Below are positions 1 to 8,447 of a DNA stretch of 32,000 nt, one piece after another. The translations under genes were made by a program, and so were the position numbers. The notes under the pieces were generated by a model. The model saw only the letters and a list, made by a program, of their open reading frames with translations. It was not told the origin of the DNA and did not search any database. Position 1 is the stretch's first letter; each line of letters opens with the position of its first letter. Where the stretch lies: assembly GCA_965261025.1 (NCBI GenBank), contig OZ253438.1:1050001-1082000 (forward strand), read 5' to 3'. Origin of the DNA: Chlamydiales bacterium. GTDB taxonomy: Bacteria; Chlamydiota; Chlamydiia; Chlamydiales; SM23-39.

Positions 1-1419
1 CTTGCCTTGTCTTTGAAAAAGCTCCCGCTGCTTGCTTCTCTCTTTTCTTTCCCCAGCTTCAAAAAGGGATTCTTTAAAAGAAATGCCTTCTTTTCCTTCC
101 ACAAATCGAAATACTTCTTCTCCTGCAACAAGTCCTGCAAAAATACAGGCTAAAAGAGCGTTAGCTCCTAATCTATTTGCTCCGTGGTACTGATACTCTG
201 ATTCGCCTGCACAAAAAAGCCCCTCTAAATTACTCATTTGTCGAAACCTTTTTTCTCTATCTGAATCATCAGAAGAAGGCCAATCTACCCAAGCGCCTCC
301 CATGGTGTAGTGTACTGCGGGAAAAACCCTCATGGGATGTTTTCTTGGATCTACTCCCGTAAATTTTTGATAAATATCTAAAATAGAAGCCAATCTTTCC
401 TGTACTTCTGAAGGAAGATGCGTCGCATCTAGAAAAACCTGCTTTTTTCCCTCTATTCCCATTCCTAGCTCACATACTTTTAAAATTTCCCTTGCTCCTA
501 CATCTCTTGGAACTAAATTTCCGTAAGAAGGATACATCTGTTCCAAAAAATACCAAGGCTCCCCTGTTACTCCACAAGCCTTCCAAGAACCATCTGGAAA
601 AGAGATTTGCTTTGCGCTATCTCCATAGACCCAAACTCTTCCCCCCTCTCCTCTTACTGCTTCGGAGATCAGTCTCATTTTATCTCTCCCTGAAATAGCT
701 GTAGGATGGATCTGGATAAACTCTGCATTGGCATATTTCATTCCCTGCTTGTATAGTCTGCCATTTGCAGCTCCTGTACAAAAGGTAGAATTCGTGGATA
801 AGCGAAATAGAAAACCAAGTCCCCCAGTTGCCATAATTACCGCTTCTGCTTTCAAGGAAAAAATCTGCAAATTGGTAAGATCTTGCAAAATAATTCCTAT
901 AACCCTTCCCTGTTCATTTCGTACTACTTTTAAAAACTCATGCGTTTCCCACTTTTTTACTTTTCCCAAAACTTCATATTTACGCACTTGTTCATCTAAA
1001 GAATATAAAAGCTGCTGCCCTGTTGAGGATCCGCAAAAAGCAGTTCTGTGATACAAAGTTCCTCCAAAACGACGAAACTCTATATTTCCCTCTTCAGTTC
1101 GATTGAAAGGACACCCTAGACGATCTAGCAACCTTAATAAGGAAGGTGCTGCAAGGCACATTTCTAAGACAGGAGGTTGATTTGCTAAGAAGTCCCCCCC
1201 CTTGATTGTATCGTAGGCATGGATGAAAGGAGAATCTTCTTCTCCCTTTAGATTAATGGGGATATTGATTCCACCTTGGGCACAAACAGAATGCGATCTT
1301 CTCACTTTAGTCAAAGAAATAAGATCTACTTCCAACCCTTTTTCACAAAGCTTCAAAACAGAAGAAAGCCCGGCAAGTCCTCCTCCAACTACCACAACTC
1401 TTTTCCCTTGAAAACCCAT
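1..1419 (-). CDS. sdhA: Succinate dehydrogenase / fumarate reductase flavoprotein subunit, N-terminal 473 codons (C-terminus lies beyond the left edge)
   Basis: Absent from the ORF track because no stop codon falls inside the window. Hand translation of the reverse strand from ATG 1419-1417 reads MGFQGKRVVVVGGGLAGLSSVLKLCEKG (GxGxxG FAD fold), RRSHSVCAQGGIN (covalent-FAD histidine motif), FIQIHPTA, RLISEAVRGEGG and YHGANRLGANALL, and stays open to base 1. It lies directly downstream of sdhC as in sdhCAB operons. The plus-strand ORFs listed between 177 and 1479 are antisense artefacts of this gene. Confidence 0.9.
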   Translation of the reverse strand, partial: MGFQGKRVVVVGGGLAGLSSVLKLCEKGLEVDLISLTKVRRSHSVCAQGGINIPINLKGEEDSPFIHAYDTIKGGDFLANQPPVLEMCLAAPSLLRLLDRLGCPFNRTEEGNIEFRRFGGTLYHRTAFCGSSTGQQLLYSLDEQVRKYEVLGKVKKWETHEFLKVVRNEQGRVIGIILQDLTNLQIFSLKAEAVIMATGGLGFLFRLSTNSTFCTGAANGRLYKQGMKYANAEFIQIHPTAISGRDKMRLISEAVRGEGGRVWVYGDSAKQISFPDGSWKACGVTGEPWYFLEQMYPSYGNLVPRDVGAREILKVCELGMGIEGKKQVFLDATHLPSEVQERLASILDIYQKFTGVDPRKHPMRVFPAVHYTMGGAWVDWPSSDDSDREKRFRQMSNLEGLFCAGESEYQYHGANRLGANALLACIFAGLVAGEEVFRFVEGKEGISFKESLFEAGERKERSKQRELFQRQGK

Positions 1420-1475
1420 TTTATAAACATCCCATTTTCTAATCTAACGCTGCAAAAAAATTGTACTCCCTGTAC

Positions 1476-2438
1476 TTAAGCTAACCAGTAAGATCCCCAG
1501 ATAGCCATGAATCCTAAAAAAGCAAAAAGAACCATTAAAGCCATACAAAACTGTACCGCCTTTTTTTGAGAATATACGTTCAGAATAATGCCCCAAGAGA
1601 TGAGAAAAGTCCATATTCCTTGAAAAGCATGAAACGTTGCTGCTAAGAGAAACAGAGTGTAAAAAAAAGCCATCGGAAGACTTTTGAATGTGTTTCGTAC
1701 TACAAATAAAAAAGCCGTTCCGATGTTGGGAGATACAGCCAATACTTCTCCTTGCTTCAGGGGATTTTTTTGCATTTTTGAAAGCCCGTCTTGTAGTTGC
1801 TTTCTTATCTCTTCTTGAGTTGGCTCTTGCTCAATCAAGGGATTATAGTCTGAACTAAATTGGGAAGACAAAAAAGAAAGACTTTCCTTTTTCTCCCCTA
1901 GGGTAGAAAGATCTTTTTCAGAGAAAAGACTTACCTTCATTCTGGCAGATAAAGGATAAAGCCCCTCGTCAAAACGTAAAGGAGTTAGGAAAAATTTCTG
2001 GTTTTTCCAAAGAAATTCCTGAGGTTTCGAAAAAAAACGCATCTGGGCTACGTGAAATAGGAGCCCGAAGAGTAAAATCCAAGAAGAAACCCTTTGCCAA
2101 AAGTAGGCTCTATTTCTACCATGGCCAAGATGAGGAGAAGATTTTTTATTCAAATAGGCGTTGCTTTTTCCCGTCAAGGCATATTGAATTCCCCAGATCA
2201 TGTGAAATCCTATAGGGACTCCCAGTAAAACTATTTCCAAAACTCTTAAATAAGGAAGTCTTTGCAAAAAATTCACCGCATGTATAAATCCTTCCCCTTG
2301 CTCTCCCAGCCAAAGGGCCGCTTGAGAATTGGTTATAAGATGTTCCATTAAGAAGAGGGTAAGCCAAAAACCTAACAAAGAATGAAGTCGTTTTCTTATA
2401 AAATAGGAAGGGATCTTTGAAGAAGAAACGGATGTCAT
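1476..2438 (-). CDS. sdhC: Succinate dehydrogenase cytochrome b (dihaem b558-type membrane anchor) with a long hydrophilic insertion
   Basis: 320-aa ORF starting at ATG. It has five hydrophobic helices and four His inside helix cores (H33 LMEHLI, H79 GFHMIW, H129 LFHVAQ, H270 TFHAFQ), as expected for a two-haem anchor. It sits 56 nt upstream of sdhA on the same strand. Confidence 0.8.
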   Translation of the reverse strand: MTSVSSSKIPSYFIRKRLHSLLGFWLTLFLMEHLITNSQAALWLGEQGEGFIHAVNFLQRLPYLRVLEIVLLGVPIGFHMIWGIQYALTGKSNAYLNKKSSPHLGHGRNRAYFWQRVSSWILLFGLLFHVAQMRFFSKPQEFLWKNQKFFLTPLRFDEGLYPLSARMKVSLFSEKDLSTLGEKKESLSFLSSQFSSDYNPLIEQEPTQEEIRKQLQDGLSKMQKNPLKQGEVLAVSPNIGTAFLFVVRNTFKSLPMAFFYTLFLLAATFHAFQGIWTFLISWGIILNVYSQKKAVQFCMALMVLFAFLGFMAIWGSYWLA

Positions 2439-2456
2439 AAAAAGTCCTTTTTTTTT

Positions 2457-3218
2457 CTAAGGAAGTTGAAAAAAACTCTTCGCATTCTTATAGGTAATTT
2501 TTGCCATTTCTTCGAGGCTTACCTGCTTAATTTCCGCTAACACTTTTGCCGTTTCTATAAGAAAAGAAGGTTCATTTTTTTTCCCTCTCATCGGCTGAGG
2601 GGCTAAGTAAGGAGAATCGGTTTCTATTAGGAGGTTTTTTAGGGGAACTTTTTTTACTACTTCACGAAGCTCTTTACTTTTGGTAAAAGTTACGATACCA
2701 CTAAAAGAAAGAAACCACCCCCTTTCTAAAGCTTCTTTTGCCTCTTGCCAAGTTCCTGTAAAGCAATGAATAACAGCAGAAATATCTTCTTTTCTGGTTA
2801 GAGAAAAAAGGTCTTTAAAAGCCTGTCTACAATGAAATATAAGAGGCAGATTTTCCCTTTTAGCAAGATCTACGTAACGAAGCAAAAACTCCTGCTGTTT
2901 TTTCTCTCTCGAGTGTTTGTAATAATAGTCCAGTCCTGTTTCTCCAATAGCCACTAGTTTTTTTTGCTTTGCTCTTGTTTCAAAAAAAGCCAATTCCTCT
3001 TCCCCTTTTTCTTCTACATCGTGAGGAGGTGTGGCTCCCGCTAAAAATACCCAAGGATATTTTTCGTGTAACTTTACCCCTTCTTCCAAAGAAACAAGGT
3101 CTGTTGCAATATTTACCACCTTTTTTACCAAAGAATTTTTTGCTCTATCGAGCACTCCGTCTATTTCATGCAGCATATCCTCCGAACTTAAATGAGCATG
3201 AGAGTCAAAAAGATGCAT
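2457..3218 (-). CDS. tatD: TatD-family metal-dependent hydrolase (DNase)
   Basis: 253 aa. N-terminal MHLFDSHAHL metal-binding motif, then AIGETGLDYY, PLIFHCR, VIHCF and LLIETDSPYLAP, the canonical TatD/YcfH motif series. It ends 18 nt upstream of sdhC. Confidence 0.9.
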   Translation of the reverse strand: MHLFDSHAHLSSEDMLHEIDGVLDRAKNSLVKKVVNIATDLVSLEEGVKLHEKYPWVFLAGATPPHDVEEKGEEELAFFETRAKQKKLVAIGETGLDYYYKHSREKKQQEFLLRYVDLAKRENLPLIFHCRQAFKDLFSLTRKEDISAVIHCFTGTWQEAKEALERGWFLSFSGIVTFTKSKELREVVKKVPLKNLLIETDSPYLAPQPMRGKKNEPSFLIETAKVLAEIKQVSLEEMAKITYKNAKSFFQLP

Positions 3219-3279
3219 ATTTCTGTCCTTAAATCCCTTTTGCAGCAGTATACAAACTCCTTAAGAAAAAGAAAAAAAA

Positions 3280-3308
3280 TTAACGAAAAAAAAACTCCCC
3301 CTTATACT
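3280..3308 (+). promoter_or_regulatory. Candidate sigma70-type promoter for the tol-pal string
   Basis: TTAACG (3280-3285), 17-nt spacer, TATACT (3303-3308). AGAGG lies at 3319-3323, 6 nt before ATG 3330. Pattern match only, in an AT-rich spacer where such matches are easy to find. Confidence 0.3.
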
Positions 3309-3329
3309 CCAAGAAAATAGAGGTATTTG

Positions 3330-4067
3330 ATGGGGTTTTTTCTCTCTCTTTTTTCTGCCTATCAGGCTTCTGATTTCTTAGGAAAGCTCCTTTTCCTATC
3401 CCTTCTCTTTCTCTCTTCTTTTTCTTGGACTTATTTTTTGCAGCGGCTTTTCTTTTTTATAAAGATAAAAAAAGCAAACCAACACATCTCTTTTGTTCTA
3501 AAAGAGAAAACTTCGCCTCTATCTTCTCCTGTCCCAGAAAATCCCAACACGCCCTTTTATGAAATTTATACCTGTTTACAAAAACAAGCTCGCCTACTAC
3601 TACAAAAAAACCACTCTCACTTCGACATAAAAAAACAAACCTTTTTAACCTCTGCTGATCTTTCCCTTTTGGAAGATCTTCTTTTTCTTACTTTGGAAAA
3701 GCAGGGACATCTTTTGGAAAAAAATCTATTTTTTCTTCCAACCACTATTACGCTAGCTCCTTTTCTTGGGCTTTTGGGAACGGTTTGGGGAATTTTACTC
3801 ACCTTTTCCGAAATCTCTAGCTCTTCCTATGGCATGAACAGCTCTATCTTACCTCACCTTTCCATGGCACTATCTACTACGGTAGCAGGACTTATTGTAG
3901 CTATTCCTTCTCTTATTTTTTACAATTACTTAAAAAATGAAATAGAAAAAACAAAAAAAGAAATGCACCTTTTTGCACAAAATTTGATGATACAAACAGA
4001 ACTACAATACAGAAAAAAAGAGGCCTATGAGGAAAAGAATTCCCTTTCAGAAGAGCTTGTCCCTTGA
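3330..4067 (+). CDS. tolQ: Tol-Pal system proton-channel protein TolQ (MotA/TolQ/ExbB family)
   Basis: 245 aa from ATG 3330; the track starts one codon earlier at an in-frame TTG. Three TM helices. Family signatures LAPFLGLLGTVWGILLTF and STTVAGLIVAIPSLIFYNYL. Followed by tolR, tolB and pal. Confidence 0.85.
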   Translation: MGFFLSLFSAYQASDFLGKLLFLSLLFLSSFSWTYFLQRLFFFIKIKKANQHISFVLKEKTSPLSSPVPENPNTPFYEIYTCLQKQARLLLQKNHSHFDIKKQTFLTSADLSLLEDLLFLTLEKQGHLLEKNLFFLPTTITLAPFLGLLGTVWGILLTFSEISSSSYGMNSSILPHLSMALSTTVAGLIVAIPSLIFYNYLKNEIEKTKKEMHLFAQNLMIQTELQYRKKEAYEEKNSLSEELVP

Positions 4068-4431
4068 AGTGGACCTAATCAATCTAACCCCTTTAATCGA
4101 TGTAGTTTTCGTAGTTTTGGTTACTTTCATTTTAATCGCCCCTTTTTTGCAAATAGATTCTATCCATTTAGCTCCTGGAGAAAAAACTAGCGAATTTTCT
4201 CCCGAGAAAGAATCTCTTTCTCTTTTAGTAAAAGAAGACAATTCTCTTTGGTTTAAAGGGAAAAAAGTAACTCTTTACTCTTTAAAAGTCTTATTGGAAA
4301 AAGAGCCTAACAAAGAGCAAATCTACCTATTTCACGATAAAAAAGCCTCTTTTGGTACCTACCAAGAAATTAAAAATCTTTCCGAAAAACTAGGGTTTTC
4401 TACGTTAAATGTGGTTTTACAAAGCTCTTAA
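4027..4431 (+). CDS. tolR: Tol-Pal system protein TolR (ExbD/TolR family)
   Basis: 134 aa. Single N-terminal TM with the ExbD/TolR motif DLINLTPLIDVVFVVLV, including the conserved helix Asp. Overlaps tolQ by 41 nt. Confidence 0.8.
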   Translation: MRKRIPFQKSLSLEVDLINLTPLIDVVFVVLVTFILIAPFLQIDSIHLAPGEKTSEFSPEKESLSLLVKEDNSLWFKGKKVTLYSLKVLLEKEPNKEQIYLFHDKKASFGTYQEIKNLSEKLGFSTLNVVLQSS

Positions 4432-5062
4432 AGAGCGCTTTTCCCTTCTTTTTCTTTTTATTCTTCTTTTTCATCTTCTCTTTTTTTTCTCGGAGAAACC
4501 TTTTAAAGAAAAAAAAATCATTCCCTCAATGCGAATAAATACGCATGAACTTTCTTTGGCTTGGGAAAAAACCTCTTCTCCTCCTTCTCAAATAGAAAAA
4601 CCCTGTTCAAATCTAAAGAAAAAGACCTCTGCTCTTCCACAAAAAAAACTCAAACAGGAACAAAAAAAAGACTCCCTTTCCCAGAAACTTTTTTCCTCAG
4701 TAAAAAAACTGGCTTCCTACAAAGAGCCCTCTGTTACTTCTTATGATCTACAGATCCCTTGCCTTTTCTCTATAGAGACTAAAGAAAACTCTTTGCAAAA
4801 CCTTTCTTCTGAAAAAAAGATAGACCCCTATACCAAACAACTTTCTTTTTTCTTACAAAAAAAACTTCATCTAATCGAAAAAGAAGAGGTGAAAATAGAA
4901 ATTTCTATAAAACATACGGGAGAGTTAGTCTCGATTGTCTTTATAAATTCCGGAGAAAAAAATCGTTCCTATTTGAAAAAGAGATTGCCTCTTCTTCTGT
5001 TTCCATGTTTTAATGAGAAGGAAAAAATAAGGCAGTATACTATTTATCTTTCGGCTTCATGA
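4409..5062 (+). CDS. TolA-like membrane-anchored linker protein (assigned by position and architecture)
   Basis: 217 aa. N-terminal TM anchor (FSLLFLFILLFHLLFFF), a Lys/Ser/Gln-rich linker (KKKTSALPQKKLKQEQKKDS) and a small C-terminal domain (VKIEISIKHTGELVSIVFINSGE) resembling the TonB/TolA C-terminal fold. It lies between tolR (23-nt overlap) and tolB (ATGA overlap). Confidence 0.45.
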   Translation: MWFYKALKERFSLLFLFILLFHLLFFFSEKPFKEKKIIPSMRINTHELSLAWEKTSSPPSQIEKPCSNLKKKTSALPQKKLKQEQKKDSLSQKLFSSVKKLASYKEPSVTSYDLQIPCLFSIETKENSLQNLSSEKKIDPYTKQLSFFLQKKLHLIEKEEVKIEISIKHTGELVSIVFINSGEKNRSYLKKRLPLLLFPCFNEKEKIRQYTIYLSAS

Positions 5063-6309
5063 AACTTCTCTCCTTTCTTTTCTTTTTCTCCTTCCTCTTC
5101 TCTGAGGAAATTCACTTGGATCTACCCCTTTCTTGTTCCACAGAGCCTTTTTTCCTCTATTCTTTGGAAGAGAAAGATCCTTCTTTTTCTCCTTCTTATC
5201 TGCAGGAGCTTTTAGAGGTAGTTCATTTTGATTTTTGCTGTACTGGATTTACTTCCCCTACTCTCGTAGAACCGGATAGTAAGGTAAAGATATATCCTCA
5301 CTTGAGAAAGAATAATTTCTATGTAGAAGCAACTGTTTCTTCGGGAGAAAAAATCTCCTGCTCTCCTATAACTCTCACAGGTATTTTTAAAAAAGATGTA
5401 GAGAAAATTCACCAACTAGTTAGCTCTTTTCAAAAAGATCTGTTTGGGATAGAAGGAATTCAACACAAGCGCATTCTTTTTTCCCTTCGTTATCCTCTCA
5501 AAGGCTCTGGGGAAAAAGTTTCTGAAATTTGGTTGGGTTCTCTCGAAGGTAAGACCTATCAAAAACTTACCTTCAATAAAAACTATTCTGTTTGCCCTAA
5601 ATTTTTACCTCGAAAACCCTCCTACTTTTTCTATGTTTCCTATGAAGATGGACAATCAAAAATTATGGCCGCCTCTATAAACCACAAGACAAGCTGGCCT
5701 GTAGTTCCTTTAAAAGGAAATCAGCATCTCCCTTCCGTTTCTTGGCAGCTCGACAAGATCGCTTTTATCTCAGATATTTCAGGAACCCCGGATCTTTTTC
5801 TACAATTTTTTGATGAAAGAGGAAAATGCCAGGGGCGTCCCAAACAAATTTTTTCCCTATCCCATGCAACACAAGCCTCTTCGTCCTTCAGTCCAGATGG
5901 AACCAAACTGGCCTTTGTTTCTGATCAAGAAGGGCCTCCTAGGATTTACGTGATGGATCTTTTATCTCCTCTTTCTCCTTCCCCTAAAATTTCTTTAATC
6001 ACTAAGAAAAATCGATTCAACTCTTCCCCTTCTTGGTCCAAAGATGGCAAGAAATTAGCCTACAGTGCTAAAACAAAGGGTGTACGGCAAATATGGGTTT
6101 ATGATTTCATAACACAAGAGGAAAAGCAAATTACACAAAGTTTGATAGACTTGGAAAACCCTTGTTGGGCTTTTAATAATTTTCATATAATCTGCAATTC
6201 AGAAAGCAAGCAAGAGTGTGAGCTTTATTTAGTTCACGAAAACCAACAAAAACCTCTTAAAATCACGCAAGGCCCCGGTGAAAAACGGTTTCCTTGTTGG
6301 GAACCTTAA
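5059..6309 (+). CDS. tolB: Tol-Pal system beta-propeller protein TolB
   Basis: 416 aa. Signal peptide MKLLSFLFFFSFLFS. Repeated TolB-type propeller blades (SWQLDKIAFISDISG, SFSPDGTKLAFVSDQEG, SWSKDGKKLAYSAKTKG). Lies between the tolA-like gene and pal. Confidence 0.85.
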   Translation: MKLLSFLFFFSFLFSEEIHLDLPLSCSTEPFFLYSLEEKDPSFSPSYLQELLEVVHFDFCCTGFTSPTLVEPDSKVKIYPHLRKNNFYVEATVSSGEKISCSPITLTGIFKKDVEKIHQLVSSFQKDLFGIEGIQHKRILFSLRYPLKGSGEKVSEIWLGSLEGKTYQKLTFNKNYSVCPKFLPRKPSYFFYVSYEDGQSKIMAASINHKTSWPVVPLKGNQHLPSVSWQLDKIAFISDISGTPDLFLQFFDERGKCQGRPKQIFSLSHATQASSSFSPDGTKLAFVSDQEGPPRIYVMDLLSPLSPSPKISLITKKNRFNSSPSWSKDGKKLAYSAKTKGVRQIWVYDFITQEEKQITQSLIDLENPCWAFNNFHIICNSESKQECELYLVHENQQKPLKITQGPGEKRFPCWEP

Positions 6310-6329
6310 GTTAAAATAAGGGAAAGGAT

Positions 6330-6986
6330 ATGAGAAAAAAGTCTGTTTTGTATTTCCTAGTTCTTTTGACAGCTACAAGCTGTCAAAGAAACTCAACGGA
6401 GACATGGGAAGATGTGAAGACAGCAGGGCGTTATTTACAGAAAAGCATCTATGCCCTTTGGGGGGCCGACGAGGAGTCTAGAGAAGTTCTCTCTCAAAAA
6501 GACTTCCTAGGTCCGAGTGAGGAAGATTTTATTCCTCTAAGGGAAAATGATCTTTTAAGGACGGAAAGAGTCCCCCCTAGCTATAGACCTTCCGAACCAA
6601 AAAGTGACGGTAAGGCAAAATCTTTCGCAGCACCCTCTGGCAATATAGGCCAAGTTTTCCGAATGATCCACTTTGATACAGACAATCATGTAATAAAAGA
6701 TAGAGACGACTTAGTTACTGTAGGAAGGATGGCAAGTTATTTGAAAAAGCACCCTAAGGCAAGAGTTTTAATCGAAGGACACTGCGATAAGAGAGCTTCT
6801 GCAGACTACAACATAGCTCTTGGTATGCGCAGAGCCCATCATATCGAAGTTCTTTTAAGGAAACAGGGCGTTTCTCCTGCTCAGATGCAAACTATTTCCT
6901 GGGGAAAAGAAAAACTCCTCTCACAAGGAGACTCTAGTATAGACCACAAAATGAATAGAAGAGCTGAATTTAAACTACGAAACTAA
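6330..6986 (+). CDS. pal: Peptidoglycan-associated lipoprotein Pal (OmpA-like C-terminal domain)
   Basis: 218 aa. Signal peptide ending in Cys (LLTATSC, a relaxed lipobox). OmpA-like domain motifs IHFDTDNHVIK, LIEGHCDKRASADYNIALGMRRA and NRRAEFKL. A GGAAAGGA ribosome-binding site lies just upstream. Confidence 0.85.
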   Translation: MRKKSVLYFLVLLTATSCQRNSTETWEDVKTAGRYLQKSIYALWGADEESREVLSQKDFLGPSEEDFIPLRENDLLRTERVPPSYRPSEPKSDGKAKSFAAPSGNIGQVFRMIHFDTDNHVIKDRDDLVTVGRMASYLKKHPKARVLIEGHCDKRASADYNIALGMRRAHHIEVLLRKQGVSPAQMQTISWGKEKLLSQGDSSIDHKMNRRAEFKLRN

Positions 6987-7006
6987 AGCTTTTTAAGAGG
7001 TATTAA

Positions 7007-7681
7007 ATGAAAAACTTGAAGTTGCTTGCATGGCTTTTTCAAATTTTCTTAATACCTCTGTTTTTTTCTGCTTGCTCTCCTATCCGCTCTTCCCCGCATG
7101 AGCAAAAACACCAAGTAGAACTAACCATCCATGAAATACAAACAGATTTAGATGATTTGCGCCATGATGTTCAGTCTTTCCATACAGAATTTGAGATCGT
7201 AGATGGAAAGATCAAGCATTTCGAAGATACCTTGGGAGAGATTCGCCAAAAATATTTGGCCAAAATGGAAGAGTCCCTTCAATCTCTTCAAAAAAAATGG
7301 GAACAAGTAGAATCCGATACAAAAAGACTAGAAAAAATCTCTCAAGAAAGAGGACATTTTCTGGAAAAGCTCTCCAAGCATGCTGAAGAAAGCACTTTTG
7401 CTTTTTCTCAATACAAGAAAAAAATAAAAGAGATGGAATCCACCTTCTTAAAACAGCAGGAAGCTTTGAAAGAGGTTTCTCTTTTAAAAAACACTCTAGA
7501 AGAAATAGCACAAGTTTTAGAGGTAAAAAATGGTTCTGTCTATCAAGTTCAAACGGGAGATTCTTTAGAGAAAATTGCAAAGCGCTTTGGAGTTTCTGTA
7601 GAAGCCTTAAAAAATCATAATCACTTGAAGAAAGATTTGATTGTGAAGGGACAAAAATTAAAAATCCCTTCTTCCCCATAA
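7007..7681 (+). CDS. Lipoprotein with long coiled coil and C-terminal LysM peptidoglycan-binding domain
   Basis: 224 aa. Lipobox LFFSAC. About 130 residues of heptad-like E/K/L-rich sequence. C-terminal LysM motif YQVQTGDSLEKIAKRFGVSVEALKNHNHLKKDLIVKGQKLKIP. AAGAGG lies upstream of the ATG, 20 nt after pal. Confidence 0.7.
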   Translation: MKNLKLLAWLFQIFLIPLFFSACSPIRSSPHEQKHQVELTIHEIQTDLDDLRHDVQSFHTEFEIVDGKIKHFEDTLGEIRQKYLAKMEESLQSLQKKWEQVESDTKRLEKISQERGHFLEKLSKHAEESTFAFSQYKKKIKEMESTFLKQQEALKEVSLLKNTLEEIAQVLEVKNGSVYQVQTGDSLEKIAKRFGVSVEALKNHNHLKKDLIVKGQKLKIPSSP

Positions 7682-7703
7682 AAACTTCACTAGGAAAGGA
7701 TTC

Positions 7704-8447
7704 ATGACGCAAAAAAAACGGATTCTGCTCATAGAAGATGAAGAAGATATCGCTGCTTTAATAAAACTTCAGGCAGAAATTTCGGGCTATAAACTACACG
7801 TAGAGGTAGATGGAATTAATGGTCTTCGGGCTGTAGAAAGGGAACGACCTGACCTGGTAATTTTAGATATTATGCTTCCTGGACTTAACGGACTGGATGT
7901 GTGTAGAAAGATAAAAAATACAGCAGAGTTGAAAAATATTCCTGTGATTTTGCTTTCTGCTAAAGGGGAAGAGCTCGATATAGTGTTAGGGTTAGAACTA
8001 GGGGCAGACGATTATGTTCCCAAGCCCTTTTCTCCGAAGATTTTATTTTCCCGCATCAAGGCGGTTTTAAGAAGAAGAAAGGAAACAGAGAAACCGGCTG
8101 AAGCTCTTTTTTTTGGCCCTTTTTCTTTGGAGCTAGACCTTTACATTTTACGAAAAAACCAACAAAATATTCCTGTAACCCTTTCCGAGTTTGGTATTTT
8201 AAAAAGACTCGTTGCCAATCAAGGAAAAGTGCTTACAAGAAACCAATTACTAGATGACATTAATAACGATGATGCTTTTATTGTAGATCGAAATATTGAC
8301 GTTCATATAGCTTCTCTTCGAAAAAAAATGAAAGAGACACCTCCTTGGATAGAAACAGTAAGGGGTGTGGGATATCGTCTGAGGGAATCTTCTCCTTCCA
8401 AGGAGAAGTTCCAAGAAAAAGAATTAGTCGAGGAGGTTTTTTTATGA
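7704..8447 (+). CDS. OmpR/PhoB-family response regulator (receiver plus winged-helix DNA-binding domain)
   Basis: 247 aa. All receiver residues are present: acidic pocket E11-D12 (LLIEDEED), phospho-acceptor D55 (VILDIMLPGLNG), S85 (ILLSAKG) and K107 (YVPKPF). C-terminal winged helix (LTRNQLL, IETVRGVGYRL). AGGAAAGG lies upstream. No histidine kinase anywhere in the window. Confidence 0.9.
   Translation: MTQKKRILLIEDEEDIAALIKLQAEISGYKLHVEVDGINGLRAVERERPDLVILDIMLPGLNGLDVCRKIKNTAELKNIPVILLSAKGEELDIVLGLELGADDYVPKPFSPKILFSRIKAVLRRRKETEKPAEALFFGPFSLELDLYILRKNQQNIPVTLSEFGILKRLVANQGKVLTRNQLLDDINNDDAFIVDRNIDVHIASLRKKMKETPPWIETVRGVGYRLRESSPSKEKFQEKELVEEVFL

Noticed and set aside
177-1479. Five plus-strand ORFs of 61-107 aa in the track (177-362, 492-698, 728-1051, 1223-1411, 1276-1479).
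   Set aside because: They lie antisense to, or overlap, a continuous reverse-strand frame with unmistakable SdhA motifs. Their translations are low-complexity and show no motifs.
7212-7712. 166-aa minus-strand ORF opposite the LysM lipoprotein gene.
   Set aside because: It is fully antisense to a gene with a lipobox, a coiled coil and a LysM motif. Its sequence is Leu/Phe/Ser-rich, typical of the mirror frame of Lys/Glu-rich genes, and it has no ribosome-binding site.
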